Assembly: GCF_018350175.1 (NCBI RefSeq)
Contig: NC_058368.1
Location: forward strand, 121,274,001 to 121,338,000
DNA length: 64,000 nucleotides
Reading direction: 5' to 3'
Source of the DNA: Felis catus
Lineage: Eukaryota
Program-made: the position numbers and the translations under genes
Shown here: positions 26,930 through 39,999 of the stretch, in pieces
Layout: every line of letters begins with the position of its first letter
Numbering within the stretch: the first letter of the stretch is position 1
Notes under the pieces: generated by a model
Database searches by the model: none
What the model was told of the DNA's origin: nothing
The model's input: the letters and a program-made list of their open reading frames with translations, nothing else

Positions 26930-29520
26930 TATAACCCATAAAAAAAATTTTAAATCTTCCCACAAAGAAACCCCAGATTCTGACAGGTTTATAGGTGAGC
27001 TCTTTGACTCTTTACAAACTCTCCCAAAGAATGGAAGAAAAGAAGACATTCCCCAACTCATTTCATGAGGCTAAGGTAGCCTTAATGTCAAAACCAGACA
27101 ACAATGTAAGAAAGGAAAATTTGAATTCTACCTCACTCTTAAACATAGATGCAAAACCCTCAAGTGTATATTAGCAAACCAAACCTGGAAGGTATGAAAA
27201 TAATACACATCATGATTAATGTAGATTTTTTCCCAAGATTGAAAGGTTGGTTTAACTTTCCAAAATCAATCGATATAATTTATCACATTAACAGATGAAA
27301 GGGAAAAAACCATGTGATCTTTTCTATAGCTATAGAAAAAAATGTTTGAAAAAATTCTATATCCATTCATTATATAGATATATATTTTTTTAACCTTAGC
27401 AAAACTCAAATAAAAAGGAACTTCCTTAACATGATAAATGGTATTTATAAAAATACACGGCGAACATCGTATTTAATATTGCAGTGTTAAAGGCATTCCC
27501 CTTTAGATTCAGAAAAAGAACATAATGAATGCCTATTGTGTTTTTGCTCAACACTGTCCCTTCTGGCGTACTTGGCCAATATAGTAAAAGCAAGAAAAAG
27601 AATTAAATGGTTAAGTATTTGAAAAGAAGAAATGTAGCTGTCATTAGTTGTGAATGATACCATCTATATAGAGAACACAGAAGAATCTGGAAAAATATAT
27701 TAGGAATAAATATGAGTTTAGCAAGGTTACTAGATACAAATCAATACAATAAAGTTAATTACATTTCTGTACTCTAAAAAGAAAACACACAGAAAAATAT
27801 TTTCTTAAAAAGATACCATTTAAAACAGCAACCAAATTTTTTAAATCTCTAGGAATAAATCTAACAAAAGACCTGCAAGCCCTTTGTGGGAAAAATTTGT
27901 AAAACATTACTGAAAGACATTAAAGAAGTCCTAAAATAAATGAAGAATTGTGCCATCTTCTTGAGTAAGAAGACTGAGTAATCTTAAGGATGTTGGTTCT
28001 GCTCAGATTTATCTATAAATTCAAGTCCCAGTGAGTTGTTTGTTTGGAACTTAAAGGGTAATTCTAAAATTCAAATGGAAGGAAAGACAAGAGCCAAGAT
28101 GTTTCTAAAGAAGAAGATGGAATTTGGTTGTGGTGAGGACCTACCCTATCAACTACGAAATTTTATTTCAAAGCTGTACTAATTAAGATGGCATGGATTT
28201 AGCATAGAGATTCTATTAAACCAATGGAAAATAGTGGAGAGCCCAGAAATAGACATAGCACGGAGACTTGATTTATGGCAGAGCAGGCTTTGCAGATCAG
28301 AAGGGAAGGATGAACTATGGCATTGGGCTAATTGGGTATCCATGTGGAAAAAGATGAAATTGGATTCCTCCCTTGTCAAAAATCAATTCCAGGTGGATTA
28401 AAGACTTAAATGTGAAAGGCAAAACTATAAAACTTTTAGAAGACTATAGAGAAGTACATCTTTATGACCTTGGGACAAAAAAATCATATTCAAGATTTTT
28501 AAAAGTATAAACCATAAAGGAATATATTGTAAATTTGACTATATTAAAAATAAGAACTTCAGTTTATCAAGACACCCCAGAGTAAAAATACAAGCTACAA
28601 AGGATTCATGTCCAAAATATTAGAACTCTATAACTTAATAAGAAAATAATAAATAACCCAACAGAGGACAAAAATAGACAAAGGATATGAACAAGAATTT
28701 CATACAAGACACAAGAATGGCCCATAAATGTTTGAAAAGAAACTCAAGCTCTTTAGTACTCAGAGAAATTAATTTGAAACCACAGTGAGATATTTCACAC
28801 CCATCATAGACAGGTATTAAAAAGCTGGGCATTGCCACATGTTGGCAAGATTATGGGGTAACAGGAATTGCCATTTGCTGCTGGTGGAAGTGTAAATTGT
28901 TACAGCCACACCGGGAAACAATTTGTTATTACCTAATAAAACTTAGCAGGCTCATACCCTATGGCCCATCAATTCTATTTGTCGGTATATATCGTGGAGA
29001 AACTCTTGCACAGGGGCCTGGGGGACATATACAAGACTGTTCATAGCAACATCGTTCATAACAGCCCCAAACTGAAAATCACCCAAATGACACATAAATG
29101 ATAGAATGGTTAAAAGGTGGTATATGCATACAATGAAATACATGACAGCGGTGAAAATCAACCACAAAAACTTAGGATTGAACCAAAGGTGCAACTCGCA
29201 GAAGAATACGCTCAACGTGAATGCATTCATACTGTGTTCAAAAACAGGCAAATCTAAACAACATGTTGTTTAGGGATGTATGCCAAGGTGGTAAAATTAC
29301 AGAGAAAAGCACTGGGATGATGAGCACCAATTTCAACCCTGTGGTTACAGGGGCCAGAGGGAGGGGATCTGATTATGGAGGAATATGCAGAAGGCAGTAT
29401 TCAATTTCTATTTTTATTCTGGTTCTTACGTTGGGCGGTATGTATACAGGTGTTAGTTTTATTCTTCTCCTTTCAATGATACATAAAATTATATGCACTT
29501 ATTTGTGTGCATAATGTAAT
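26930..29520 (+). mobile_element. Ancient degenerate L1 (L1M-type) ORF2 3' half and 3'UTR
   Basis: Decayed ORF2-like text (KETPDSDRFIGEL; atagatgcaaaa; ggaataaatctaacaaaaga; ggattaaagacttaaatgtgaaa), A-rich + strand, many stops. Confidence 0.85.
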
Positions 29521-29993
29521 TTAAATTGTCCATAACAAAGGGAAATAACAGAGGTGAGGGAGGGGAGGCACACAAAAATCAGGGGCAGCAGAAAGCGTGA
29601 CCTGCTCAGAGAGCAGAGAAAAGACTCCAAGGCTGAAGGAGGTGAAGAAGTGAGTGGCAGAGTGTAGGAAGGTGAGGCTGGAGAGAAAAGCAGGAGCCAG
29701 ATCACAGGGGATATTCTAAGCTTTTTTTTTTTTCCCTTTTTTTTAATTATTTATTTATTTATTTATTTTATATATGAAATTTATTGACAAATTGGTTTCC
29801 ATACAACACCCAGTGCTCATCCCAAAAGGTGCCCTCCTCAATACCCATCACCCACCCTCTCCTCCCTCCCACCCCCCATCAACCCTCAGTTTGTTCTTAG
29901 TTTTTAACAGTCTCTTATGCTTTGGCTCTCTCCCACTCTAACCTTTTTTTTTTTTTTTTCCTTCCCCTCCCCCATGGGTTCCTGTTAAGTTTC

Positions 29994-32900
29994 TCAGGAA
30001 CCACATAAGAGTGAAACCATATGGTATCTGTCTTTCTCTGTATGGCTTATTTCACTTAGCATCACACTCTCCAGTTCCACCCACGTTGCTACAAAAGGCC
30101 ATATTTCATTTTTTCTCATTGCCACGTAGTATTCCATTGTGTATATAAACCACAATTTCTTTATCCATTCATCAGTTGATGGACATTTAGGCTCTTTCCA
30201 TAATTTGGCTATTGTTGAGAGTGCTGCTATGAACATTGGGGTACAAGTGGCCCTATGCATCAGTACTCCTGTATCCCTTGGATAAATTCCTAGCAGTGCT
30301 ATTGCTGGGTCATAGGGTAGGTCTATTTTTAATTTTCTGAGGAACCTCCACACTGCTTTCCAGAGCGGCTGCACCAATTTGCATTCCCACCAACAGTGCA
30401 AGAGGGTTCCCGTTTCTCCACATCCTCTCCAGCATCTATAGTCTCCTGATTTGTTCATTTTGGCCACTCTGACTGGCGTGAGGTGATACCTGAGTGTGGT
30501 TTTGATTTGTATTTCCCTGATAAGGAGCGACGCTGAACATCTTTTCATGTGCCTGTTGGCCATCCGGATGTCTTCTTTAGAGAAGTGTCTATTCATGTTT
30601 TCTGCCCATTTCTTCACTGGGTTATTTGTTTTTCGGGTGTGGAGTTTGGTGAGCTCTTTATAGATTTTGGATACTAGCCCTTTGTCCGATATATCATTTG
30701 CGAATATCTTTTCCCATTCCGTTGGTTGCCTTTTAGTTTTGTTGGTTGTTTCCTTTGCTGTGCAGAAGCTTTTTGTCTTCATAAGGTCCCAGTAATTCAC
30801 TTTTGCTTTTAATTCCCTTGCCTTTGGGGATGTGTCGAGTAAGAGATTGCTACGGCTGAGGTCAGAGAGGTCTTCTCCTGCTTTCTCCTCTAAGGTTTTG
30901 ATGGTTTCCTGTCTCACATTTAGGTCCTTTATCCATTTGGAGTTTATTTTTGTGAATGGTGTGAGAAAGTGGTCTAGTTTCAACCTTCTGCATGTTGCTG
31001 TCCAGTTCTCCCAGCACCATTTGTTAAAGAGGCTGTCTTTTTTCCATTGGATGTTCTTTCCTGCTTTGTCAAAGATGAGTTGGCCATATGTTTGTGGGTC
31101 TAGTTCTGGGGTTTCTATTCTATTCCATTGGTCTATGTGTCTGTTTTTGTGCCAATACCATGCTGTCTTGATGATGACAGCTTTGTAGTAGAGGCTAAAG
31201 TCTGGGATTGTGATGCCTCCTGCTTTGGTCTTCTTCTTCAAAATTCCTTTGGCTATTCGGGGCCTTTTGTGGTTCCATATGAATGTTAGGATGGCTTGTT
31301 CTAGTTTCGAGAAGAATGCTGGTGCAATTTTGATTGGGATTGCATTGAATGTGTAGATAGCTTTGGGTAGTATTGACATTTTGGCAATATTTATTTTTCC
31401 AATCCATGAGCAGGGAAGGTCTTTCCATTTCTTTAAATCTTCTTCAATTTCCTTCATACGCTTTCTATAGTTTTCAGCATACAGATCCTTTACATCTTTG
31501 GTTAGATTTATTCCTAGGTATTTTATGCTTCTTGGTGCAATTGTGAATGGGATCAGTTTCTTTATTTGTCTTTCTGTTGCTTCATTGTTAGTGTATAAGA
31601 ATGCAACTGATTTCTGTACGTTGATTTTGTATCCTGCAACTTTGCTGAATTCCTGTATCAGTTCTAGCAGACTTTTGGTGGAGTCTATCGGATTTTCCAT
31701 GTATAATATCATGTCATCTGCAAAAAGCGAAAGCTTGACTTCATCTTTGCCAATTTTGATGCCTTTGATTTCCTTTTGTTGTCTGATTGCTGATGCTAGA
31801 ACTTCCAGCACTATGTTAAACAGCAGCGGTGAGAGTGGGCATCCTTGTCGTGTTCCTGATCTCAGGGAAAAAGCTCTCAGTTTTTCCCCGTTGAGGATGA
31901 TGTTAGCTGTGGGCTTTTCATAAATGGCTTTTATGATCTTTAAGTATGTTCCTTCTATCCCGACTTTCTCAAGGGTTTTTATTAAGAAAGGGTGCTGGAT
32001 TTTGTCAAAGGCCTTTTCTGCATCGATTGACAGGATCATATGGTTCTTCTCTTTTTTTTTTTGTTAATGTGATGTATCACGTTGATTGATTTGCAAATGT
32101 TGAACCAGCCCTGCATCCCAGGAATGAATCCCACTTGATCATGGTGAATAATTCTTTTTATATGCCGTTGAATTCGATTTGCTAGTATCTTATTGAGAAT
32201 TTTTGCATCCATATTCATCAGGGATATTGGCCTGTAGTTCTCTTTTTTTACTGGGTCTCTGTCTGGTTTAGGAATCAAAGTAATACTGGCTTCATAGAAT
32301 GAGTCTGGAAGTTTTCCTTCCCTTTCTATTTCTTGGAATAGCTTGAGAAGGATAGGTATTATCTCTGCTTTAAACGTCTGGTAGAACTCCCCTGGGAAGC
32401 CATCTGGTCCTGGACTCTTATTTGTTGGGAGATTTTTGATAACCGATTCAATTTCCTCGCTGGTTATGGGTCTGTTCAAGCTTTCTATTTCCTCCTGATT
32501 GAGTTTTGGAAGAGTGTGGGTGTTCAGGAATTTGTCCATTTCTTCCAGGTTGTCCAATTTGTTGGCATATAATTTTTCATACTATTCCCTGATAATTGTT
32601 TGTATCTCTGAGGGATTGGTTGTAATAATTCCATTTTCATTCATGATTTTATCTATTTGGGTCATCTCCCTTTTCTTTTTGAGAAGCCTGGCTAGAGGCT
32701 TATCAATTTTGTTTATTTTTTCAAAAAACCAACTCTTGGTTTCGTTGATCTGCTCTACAGTTTTTTTAGATTCTATATTGTTTATTTCTGCTCTGATCTT
32801 TATTATTTCTCTTCTTCTGCTGGGTTTAGGCTGCCTTTGCTGTTCTGCTTCTAGTTCCTTTAGGTGTGCTGTTAGATTTTGTATTTGGGATTTTTCTTGT

Positions 32901-33821
32901 TTCTTGAGATAGGCCTGGACTGCAATGTATTTTCCTCTCAGGACTGCCTTCGCTGCGTCCCAAAGCGTTTGGATTGTTGTATTTTCATTTTCGTTTGTTT
33001 CCATATATTTTTTAATTTCTTCTCTAATTGCCTGGTTGACCCACTCATTCGTTAGTAGGGTGTTCTTTAACCTCCATGCTTTTGGAGGTTTTCCTGACTT
33101 TTTTCTGTGGTTGATTTCAAGCTTCATAGCATTGTGGTCTGGAAGTATGCATGGTATAATTTCAATTCTTGTAAACTTATGAAGGGCTGTTTTGTGACCC
33201 AGTATATGATCTATCTTGGAGAATGTTCCATGTGCACTCGAGAAGAAAGTATATTCTGTTGCTTTGGGATGTAGAGTTCTAAATATATCTGTCAAGTCCA
33301 TGTGATCCAATGTCTCATTCAGGGCCCTTGTTTCTTTATTGACCGTGTGTCTAGATGATCTATCCATTTCTGTAAGTGGGGTGTTAAAGTCCCCTGCAAT
33401 TACCACATTCTTATCAATAAGGTTGCTTATGTTTATGAGTAATTGTTTTATATATTTGGGGGCTCCCGTATTCGGCGCATAGACATTTATAATTGTTAGC
33501 TCTTCCTGATGGATAGACCCTGTAACTATTATATAATGTCCTTCTTCATCTCTTGTTACAGCCTTTAATTTAAAGTCTAGTTTGTCTGATATAAGTATGG
33601 CTACTCCAGCTTTCTTTTGGCTTCCAGTCACATGATAAATAGTTCTCCATCCCCTCACTCTCAATCTAAAGGTGTCCTCAGGTCTAAAATGAGTCTCTTG
33701 TAGACAGCAAATAGATGGGTCTTGTTTTTTTTATCCATTCTGATACCCTATGTCTTTTGGTTGGCGCATTTAATCCATTTACATTCAGTGCTATTATAGA
33801 AAGATATGGGTTTAGAGTCAT
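29994..33821 (-). pseudogene. L1 ORF2p (APE endonuclease, RT, CCHC) broken by two frameshifts and one stop
   Basis: Start MTLNPYLSIIALNVNGLN; GDFN and SKIDHILG endonuclease motifs; QGCPLSP and LFADD RT motifs; CWRGC...HCWWEC. Lesions: A8 run at 33725-33732, TAG at 32584-32582, A11 run at 32052-32062. Confidence 0.95.
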
Positions 33822-33871
33822 TGTGATGTCTGTATGTTTTATGCTTGTAGAGATGTCTCTGGGACTTTGTC

Positions 33872-34765
33872 TCACAGGGTCCCCCTTAGGATCTCTTGTA
33901 GGGCTGGTTTAGTGGTGACAAATTCCTTCAATTTTTGTTTGTTTGGGAAGACTTTTATCTCTCCTTCTATTCTAAATGACAGACTTGCTGGATAAAGGAT
34001 TCTTGGCTGCATATTTTTCCTGTCTAGCACCCTGAAAATCTCGTGCCAATTCTTTCTGGCCTGCCAAGTTTCAAAAGAGAGATCAGTCACGAGTCTTATA
34101 GGTCTCCCTTTATATGTGAGGGCACGTTTACCCCTTGCTGCTTTCAGAATTTTCTCTTTATCCTTGTATTTTGCCAGTTTCACTATGATATGTCATGCAG
34201 AAGATCGATTCAAGTTACGTCTGAAGGGAGTTCTCTGTGCCTCTTGGATTTCAATGCCTTTTTCCTTCCCCAGTTCAGGGAAGTTCTCAGCTATGATTTC
34301 TTCAAGTACCCCTTCAGCACCTTTCCCTCTCTCTTCCTCCTCTGGGATACCAATTATGCATATATTATTTCTTTTTAGTGTATCACTTAGTTCTCTAATT
34401 TTCCCCTCATACTCCTGGATTTTTTTATCTCTCTTTTTCTCAGCTTCCTCTTTTTCCATAACTTTATCTTCTAGTTCACCTATTCTCTCCTCTGCCTCTT
34501 CAAGCCAAGCTGTGGTGGTTTCCATTTTGTTATGCATTTCGTTTAAAGCGTTTTTCAGCTCCTCGTGACTGTTCCTTAGTCCCTTGATCTCTGTAGCAAG
34601 AGATTCTCTGCTGTCCTGTATACTGTTTTCAAGCCCAGCGATTAATTTTATGACTATTATTCTAAATTCACTTTCTGTTATATTATTTAAATCCTTTTTG
34701 ATCAGCTCATTAGCTGTTGTTATTTCCTGGAGATTCTTCTGAGGGGAATTCTTCCGCTTGGTCAT
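33872..34765 (-). pseudogene. L1 ORF1p (297 codons) with one premature stop
   Basis: MTKRKNSPQK..., coiled coil, ...NICIIGIPE...ILYPASLSF. In-frame TGA at 34195-34193 (probably from CGA), after which the same frame continues. Confidence 0.93.
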
Positions 34766-35049
34766 TTTGGATAGTCCCTGGCGTGGTGAGGACCTGCAGG
34801 GCCCTTCCCCTGTGTTGTGGTGTATAACTGGAGCTGGTGGGCGGGGCCGCAGTCAGACCTGATGTCTGCCCCCAGCCCACCGCTGGGGCCACAGTCAGAC
34901 TGGTGTGTGCCTTCTCTTCCCCTCTCCTAGGGGCGGGATTCACTGTGGGGTGGTGTGGCCCGTCTGGGCTACTTGCACACTGCCAGGCTTGTGATGCTGG
35001 GGATCTGGCGTATTAGCTGGGGTGGGTAGGCAAGGTGCACAGGGGCAGG

Positions 35050-35695
35050 AGGGGCAGGCTTAGCTCGCTTCTCCTTAGGTGATCCACTTCAGGAGGGGCC
35101 CTGTGGCAGCGGGAGGGAGTCAGATCCGCTGCCGGAGGTTTGGCTCCGCAGAAGCACAGAGTTGGGTGTTTACGCGGAGCGAGCAAGTTCCCTGGCAGGA
35201 ACTGGTTCTCTTTGGGATTTTGGCTGGGGGATGGGCGGGGGAGATGGCGCTGGTGAGCGCCTTTGTTCCCCACCAAACTGAGCTCTGTCGTCAGGGGGCT
35301 CAGCAGCTCTCCCTCCCTTTGTCCTCCAGCCTTCCCGCTTTCCGAGCAGAGCTGTTAACTTATGACCTCCCAGATGCTAAGTCGCGCTTGCTGTCGGAAC
35401 ACAGTCCGTCAGGCCCCTCCGCTTTTGCAAGCCAGACTCGGGGGCTCTGCTTGGCCGGCGAGCCGCCCCTCCGCCCCGGCTCCCTCCCGCCAGTCCGTGG
35501 AGCGCGCACCGCCTCGCCGCCCTTCCTACCCTCTTCCGTGGGCCTCTCGTCTGCGTTTGGCTCCAGCGACTCCGTTCTGCTAATCCTCTGGCGGGTTTCT
35601 GGGTTATTTAGGCAGGTGTAGGTGGAATCTAAGTGATCAGCAGGATGTGCAGTGAGCCCAGCGTCCTCCTAAGCCACCATCTTGCAAACCTCTCC
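35050..35695 (-). promoter_or_regulatory. L1 internal promoter / CpG-rich 5'UTR with YY1-like site
   Basis: Many retained CpGs at 35340-35595. CAAGATGG (35684-35677 on -) lies near the element's 5' end, as is typical of L1 promoters. Confidence 0.75.
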
Positions 35696-37283
35696 TCTAA
35701 GCTTTGATGACTACCTCGAAGATGTAAAATTAGTGGTCTTCACAGATACTTTGCTGACCTATCTTCTTAAGATTTTTTTTTTTTTGAGGTAGATCTAAAG
35801 GGACTGCTGGCAACTCACAAATAAGCTCTCTTTCGGTGTTTTCACTCTCTTTCGGTGTCGGTGTTTTCACTCACAGGACAGATAAGTAGCACTAGGTGGC
35901 CACTCTTTACTCATTGGGCTGGGTTGCCTCTGAGATAGGTTAAGACGGGAAGGAAGGGGAGAGCGGTCTGGCAGAAGGAGCCCTGACTCTGTTGGGGCCT
36001 TGGTTCTGCCAGAGAAGGAAGAAGAAAAACAAACAAACAACCATTATTCTACCTGCTGTCAGATCTATTCCACATTACATGGGGCCTTGGGCATGGATGG
36101 AAGTCATCATGAATAGAATAGATCTATGAGCATAAAAACAGAACACTGAATTTGACTGGGTGGCTTTTTTCTAGGATATACAAATCTGCCTCATACATAT
36201 GATCCCATTAGCCATGTTGAGATCTAGAAATGTTAACCTTGGTGTCCTATAGAACACGCTCTGAGCATGGGGTTCTGCCTGGCTACCCATTTGCTGGCCA
36301 CCTCCACAAAATCATGGAATCTTTTTATCTCAGTTTCCTCATTGGAAAAAATGGGGATAATGACAATGAGAATGTTATCTAAGTTAGCATTGGAATCATA
36401 GGGTGTGAGAGTGAAATACCTCTTGGAGATCAAGGCAAGCCTCTCCTGGCAGTGCCCAGAGCACCTTGAACTTCCCCTACCCCAGCACACGTCATGCTTA
36501 TATACTTATGGATTTCACTGTCTTCCCTGGTATACGTGGTGAATTGCACATGAGGAAGGAGCCCCATGTGTCTCATTCACTGCATTAACCCCAGTGCTAG
36601 AACCATATAAGGTCCACACAAGGCAAGTGCTGAATGTGACCATTAAGACTCCTTTAATCTGTAGAGGGAAATGGGTTTTTAACTTTGTGAAGCTTGATGG
36701 CCAACTCTGGATTATCCATGGTGGTGGGTACAAAAACTATCATATAATACCTAATTTTCTGTCTTGAAAACGCAGCCCTTCTCCTAACCCTGAGTGAACC
36801 CTCTATAGGTTTGAGGCCCTTGTTAGCTCCTGGGAATACTGAGATACAGAAACACAACAGGCTCCAGAGTAGTTTACACTGGAGGAAGACAGTCACCCTG
36901 TGCCCACTAAGTTACTGAAAGGCATGAACCTGGGAGGGAATAGCTGAGTGCCACCATATGAGTTGGAGAGAGAGAGAGCAAACTTGCATTTTGGAGAGCT
37001 GAGGACACTGTCCTCCAGAAGAATAGAGTTGCTTCTTCCTATCCCCCATCACATTCTTGGGTCCCACTTTCAGGCCAGATCTTGCAGAGCTGTTGCATAA
37101 AAGGAGATGGATGTTCCATCCTCACCCTGTGCAGTAGCTAATCTCTTTCCAGATGGAAATAAGTACTATTTACTGAGCTCTTACAGTATGCTAAACAACT
37201 TACATTGATTACTTCACTTAGTCCTCCTAACAACTCCGACAGAAATACCATTATTGCCCTCATTTTATAGATGAGGAAGTGGA

Positions 37284-37476
37284 GGGGCGCCTGGGTGACT
37301 CAGTCGGTTAAGCATCTGACTTCGGCTCTGGTCATGATCTTGCGGTTTGTTGAGTTCGAGCCCCGAGTTGGGCTCTGGAGCCTGCTTCAGGTTCTGTGTC
37401 TCCCTCTGTCTCTGCCCCTCCCCCACTTGTGCTCTGTCTCTGTCTCTCAAAAATAAATAAATGTAAAAAAAAAAAA
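37284..37476 (+). mobile_element. Can-SINE with 20-bp TSD
   Basis: tttatagatgag(g/t)aagtgga at 37264-37283 and 37477-37496. Confidence 0.92.
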
Positions 37477-38419
37477 TTTATAGATGAGTAAGTGGAGGAC
37501 CCTCCAAAGAGAGTCACTTGCCCAAATCACAAACTCTAGTAAATGCTAGAACCACATGGCTGAATACTAAGCTAGACTTCCCCTCCAGATTCTGAGAGCG
37601 CCACATCCCGCACTCCCTGTATGGCTGATGGTGAAGGTGCAGGGCCAACAGAACATTGCCACAACTCTGCAGGCTGCAGGCCTGTTTCCTCCCTCATTTA
37701 ATACCCCAGAACCCGAAAACGCCTAGAAGCCACACAGCTGTGGATTCTTCTGCTACTGATAAAGACTTCTTTTAAATGAGTCATTTCCTTCAAAAAAGAG
37801 GAAAAACTGCTTTCACATTGTAGCAGAAAAATCCACCCCCACCCTCAAATACACATCCTGTCTGACCCTGCTCAAGCCCCCAAACACTATGCCAGGAAAC
37901 ACCAGTTGCTGGAGGGCCTTGCATCTGGCCTTAGGTTCCTTGTTGATATAGGGACCTGAGGTCACCACTGACCGCAGAGAACCACCTGCCAGAGGCCTGT
38001 TCACTTAGTCTGGTGGAACATACATGCCTCCTCAGAAGTTGGCCATCCACCTGGTTGTCCCCCATTTTTCCAGTGGGGCCTTCATTTCTGTCTTGTTCTG
38101 TCTGTCCTCCTTCCCTACCGGGCTCTCTCTTCTCTGCCCTTAGCTATCTTGCTCTTTCCCTTATCACCTCTTTTATTCTTCCTTCATTCTTGTTCATTTT
38201 CATTTGCACCTTATTTATTGAGCTTGTGTCTGATACATAGGTTTCCATTCTTGATTTCTCTCCTATTCAGGTGGCCCTCTGCTACGAGGGTTGCTTGCTA
38301 GCTGCCCAGTAATAAGCTGAACCATCCCTGTGCCCTCCTCTGACCAATCCCAGAGCTTGGGCCAGGTCAAGCTCAGGCTCCTTGGATTTTCCTGCCAACT
38401 AGGTAATATATTCCTATTT

Positions 38420-39270
38420 TTTATCAGCTTTATTGAGCATAGTCACATCCAATAAAGTTCAGCGATTTTAAGTACACAGTTCAGTGACTTTTGGCAAATG
38501 CATAAATGCATATGATGACTACCAAAATCAAGACATAGAACACTTCCATCACCCCAGAAAGTTTTTTGCCATCAGTCAATCCTCTCCCCTCACTCCTGGC
38601 CATTGGCAGTCCTCCATCTGTTTTCTGTCACTAGTTTGGGTAATTTTAAGAATGTCCTACAAATAGCAAAGTAGAATATGTAGTCTTATGTGTCCTGCCT
38701 CTTTTACTTAGGATGATGTTAAGATTATCCATGCCATTGCATGCATTGCTGAGGAACAGTACCCTGTGGTTTTACCGCAATTTGTTTATTCATTCACCAG
38801 TTGATTGGCATTTGGGTTGTTTCCAGTTCAGGGCTAAAATGAAGAAAGCCGCTAAGAACATTCATGTCATGTCTTTGTATGGACGTATGTTTTCACTTTA
38901 CTTTGATAACTGCTTGTGAGTAGGGTTGCTGAGTAGTGCATAAGTGTATATTTAACTTTATAACAAACAGCCAACTTGTTTTCCAAAGCAGTGGCGCCAT
39001 TTTACTTTCCCACCAGCAGTATGTAAGAGTTATAGTTGCTCCACATTCTCACCAACACTTGGTATGGTCAGTCGTTTTCATTTTAGCCACTTTCATAGAT
39101 GTGTAGTGGTATCTCATGGTAGTTGTAACTCGCATTTTCCTGATAATTACTGGTGTTGAGCATCTTTTCATGTGCTTCTTGGCCACTCAATCTCCTTTTG
39201 TGGTATCTTTTACCCATTTTTTATTGAATTGTCATTTTCTCTGTGGGTTGTAAGAGTTTTCTGATATTTT
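38420..39270 (-). mobile_element. Old L1M 3' fragment
   Basis: catttgggttgtttccagtt; cccaccagcagtatgtaagagtt; gagcatcttttcatgtgct. Confidence 0.75.
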
Positions 39271-39999
39271 TTCATCTGCCTTTTCTTCTTTCTTCCTCAT
39301 TCTATCCCTCTGGCTCTGTTTTTTTCTCCCACTGTGTCCCAGTCCCAGTTTCTGACACCTCCCCCACCCCCAGACTGTCCACTATCTCCCCTTCTCTCCT
39401 CCCTCCTTCTTGGCCTCTTTCCTCCTTGTTCGTGGATGTTCTCCCTTCACCTCCAAGACATCTCAAAACCTGAGAATCTGGCCTCACTTCCTCTTCCATA
39501 TTAGAAAGAACCCACTAAACACAAGCCCACTGATTTCAGTCCTGGCCAGGTTCAATGTTCCAAGTAGGAGGAAGGACCCCCCCCCTCCAAATGAAGGCCG
39601 AGAGAAGTAAAAAGACATAGCCTAGTGTAATGGAGGGATGGCTTTGCATTCTGACATCTTTCTCTTCCCTAAATGATTAATAGTGTTTATAGATAGAAGG
39701 GCTTATTTTACTCAAGCCTAACACTGGAAAGTCATGGGTGTTAAGTGCATCCTGCTTAATCAGTGGTCCAACAGTCTCCACAAACATAAGATTAATTGTT
39801 CTCATAACAAGGCTCTCCCTTGGCACAAGTCCCAAGCCCAGCAGGGATTTGTTTTGTCGAGTCACAGGGAAGGACTAGCCCAGCCCAAAGCTGGCAAACT
39901 TTTCTTCTCTCTTCAAGAGAACTGGTGTGACAATATTTGATTGCAAAGCACAAAGCACTTTACACAGTGACAGAGAACACAAGATGGGTGACTGTGGAA

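Larger units (their letters stand above)
29725..35695 (-). mobile_element. Full-length (about 6.0 kb) felid LINE-1, antisense to SH3RF2, inactivated
   Basis: CpG-rich 5'UTR, ORF1, ORF2, 3'UTR with AATAAA (29780-29785 on -) and an A-rich/(TAAA)n tail. Exact TSD tctaagcttt at 29715-29724 and 35696-35705. Confidence 0.97.

Noticed and set aside
30832..34568. Several 65-150 aa + strand ORFs inside the L1
   Set aside because: Routine antisense frames of L1 ORF1/ORF2.
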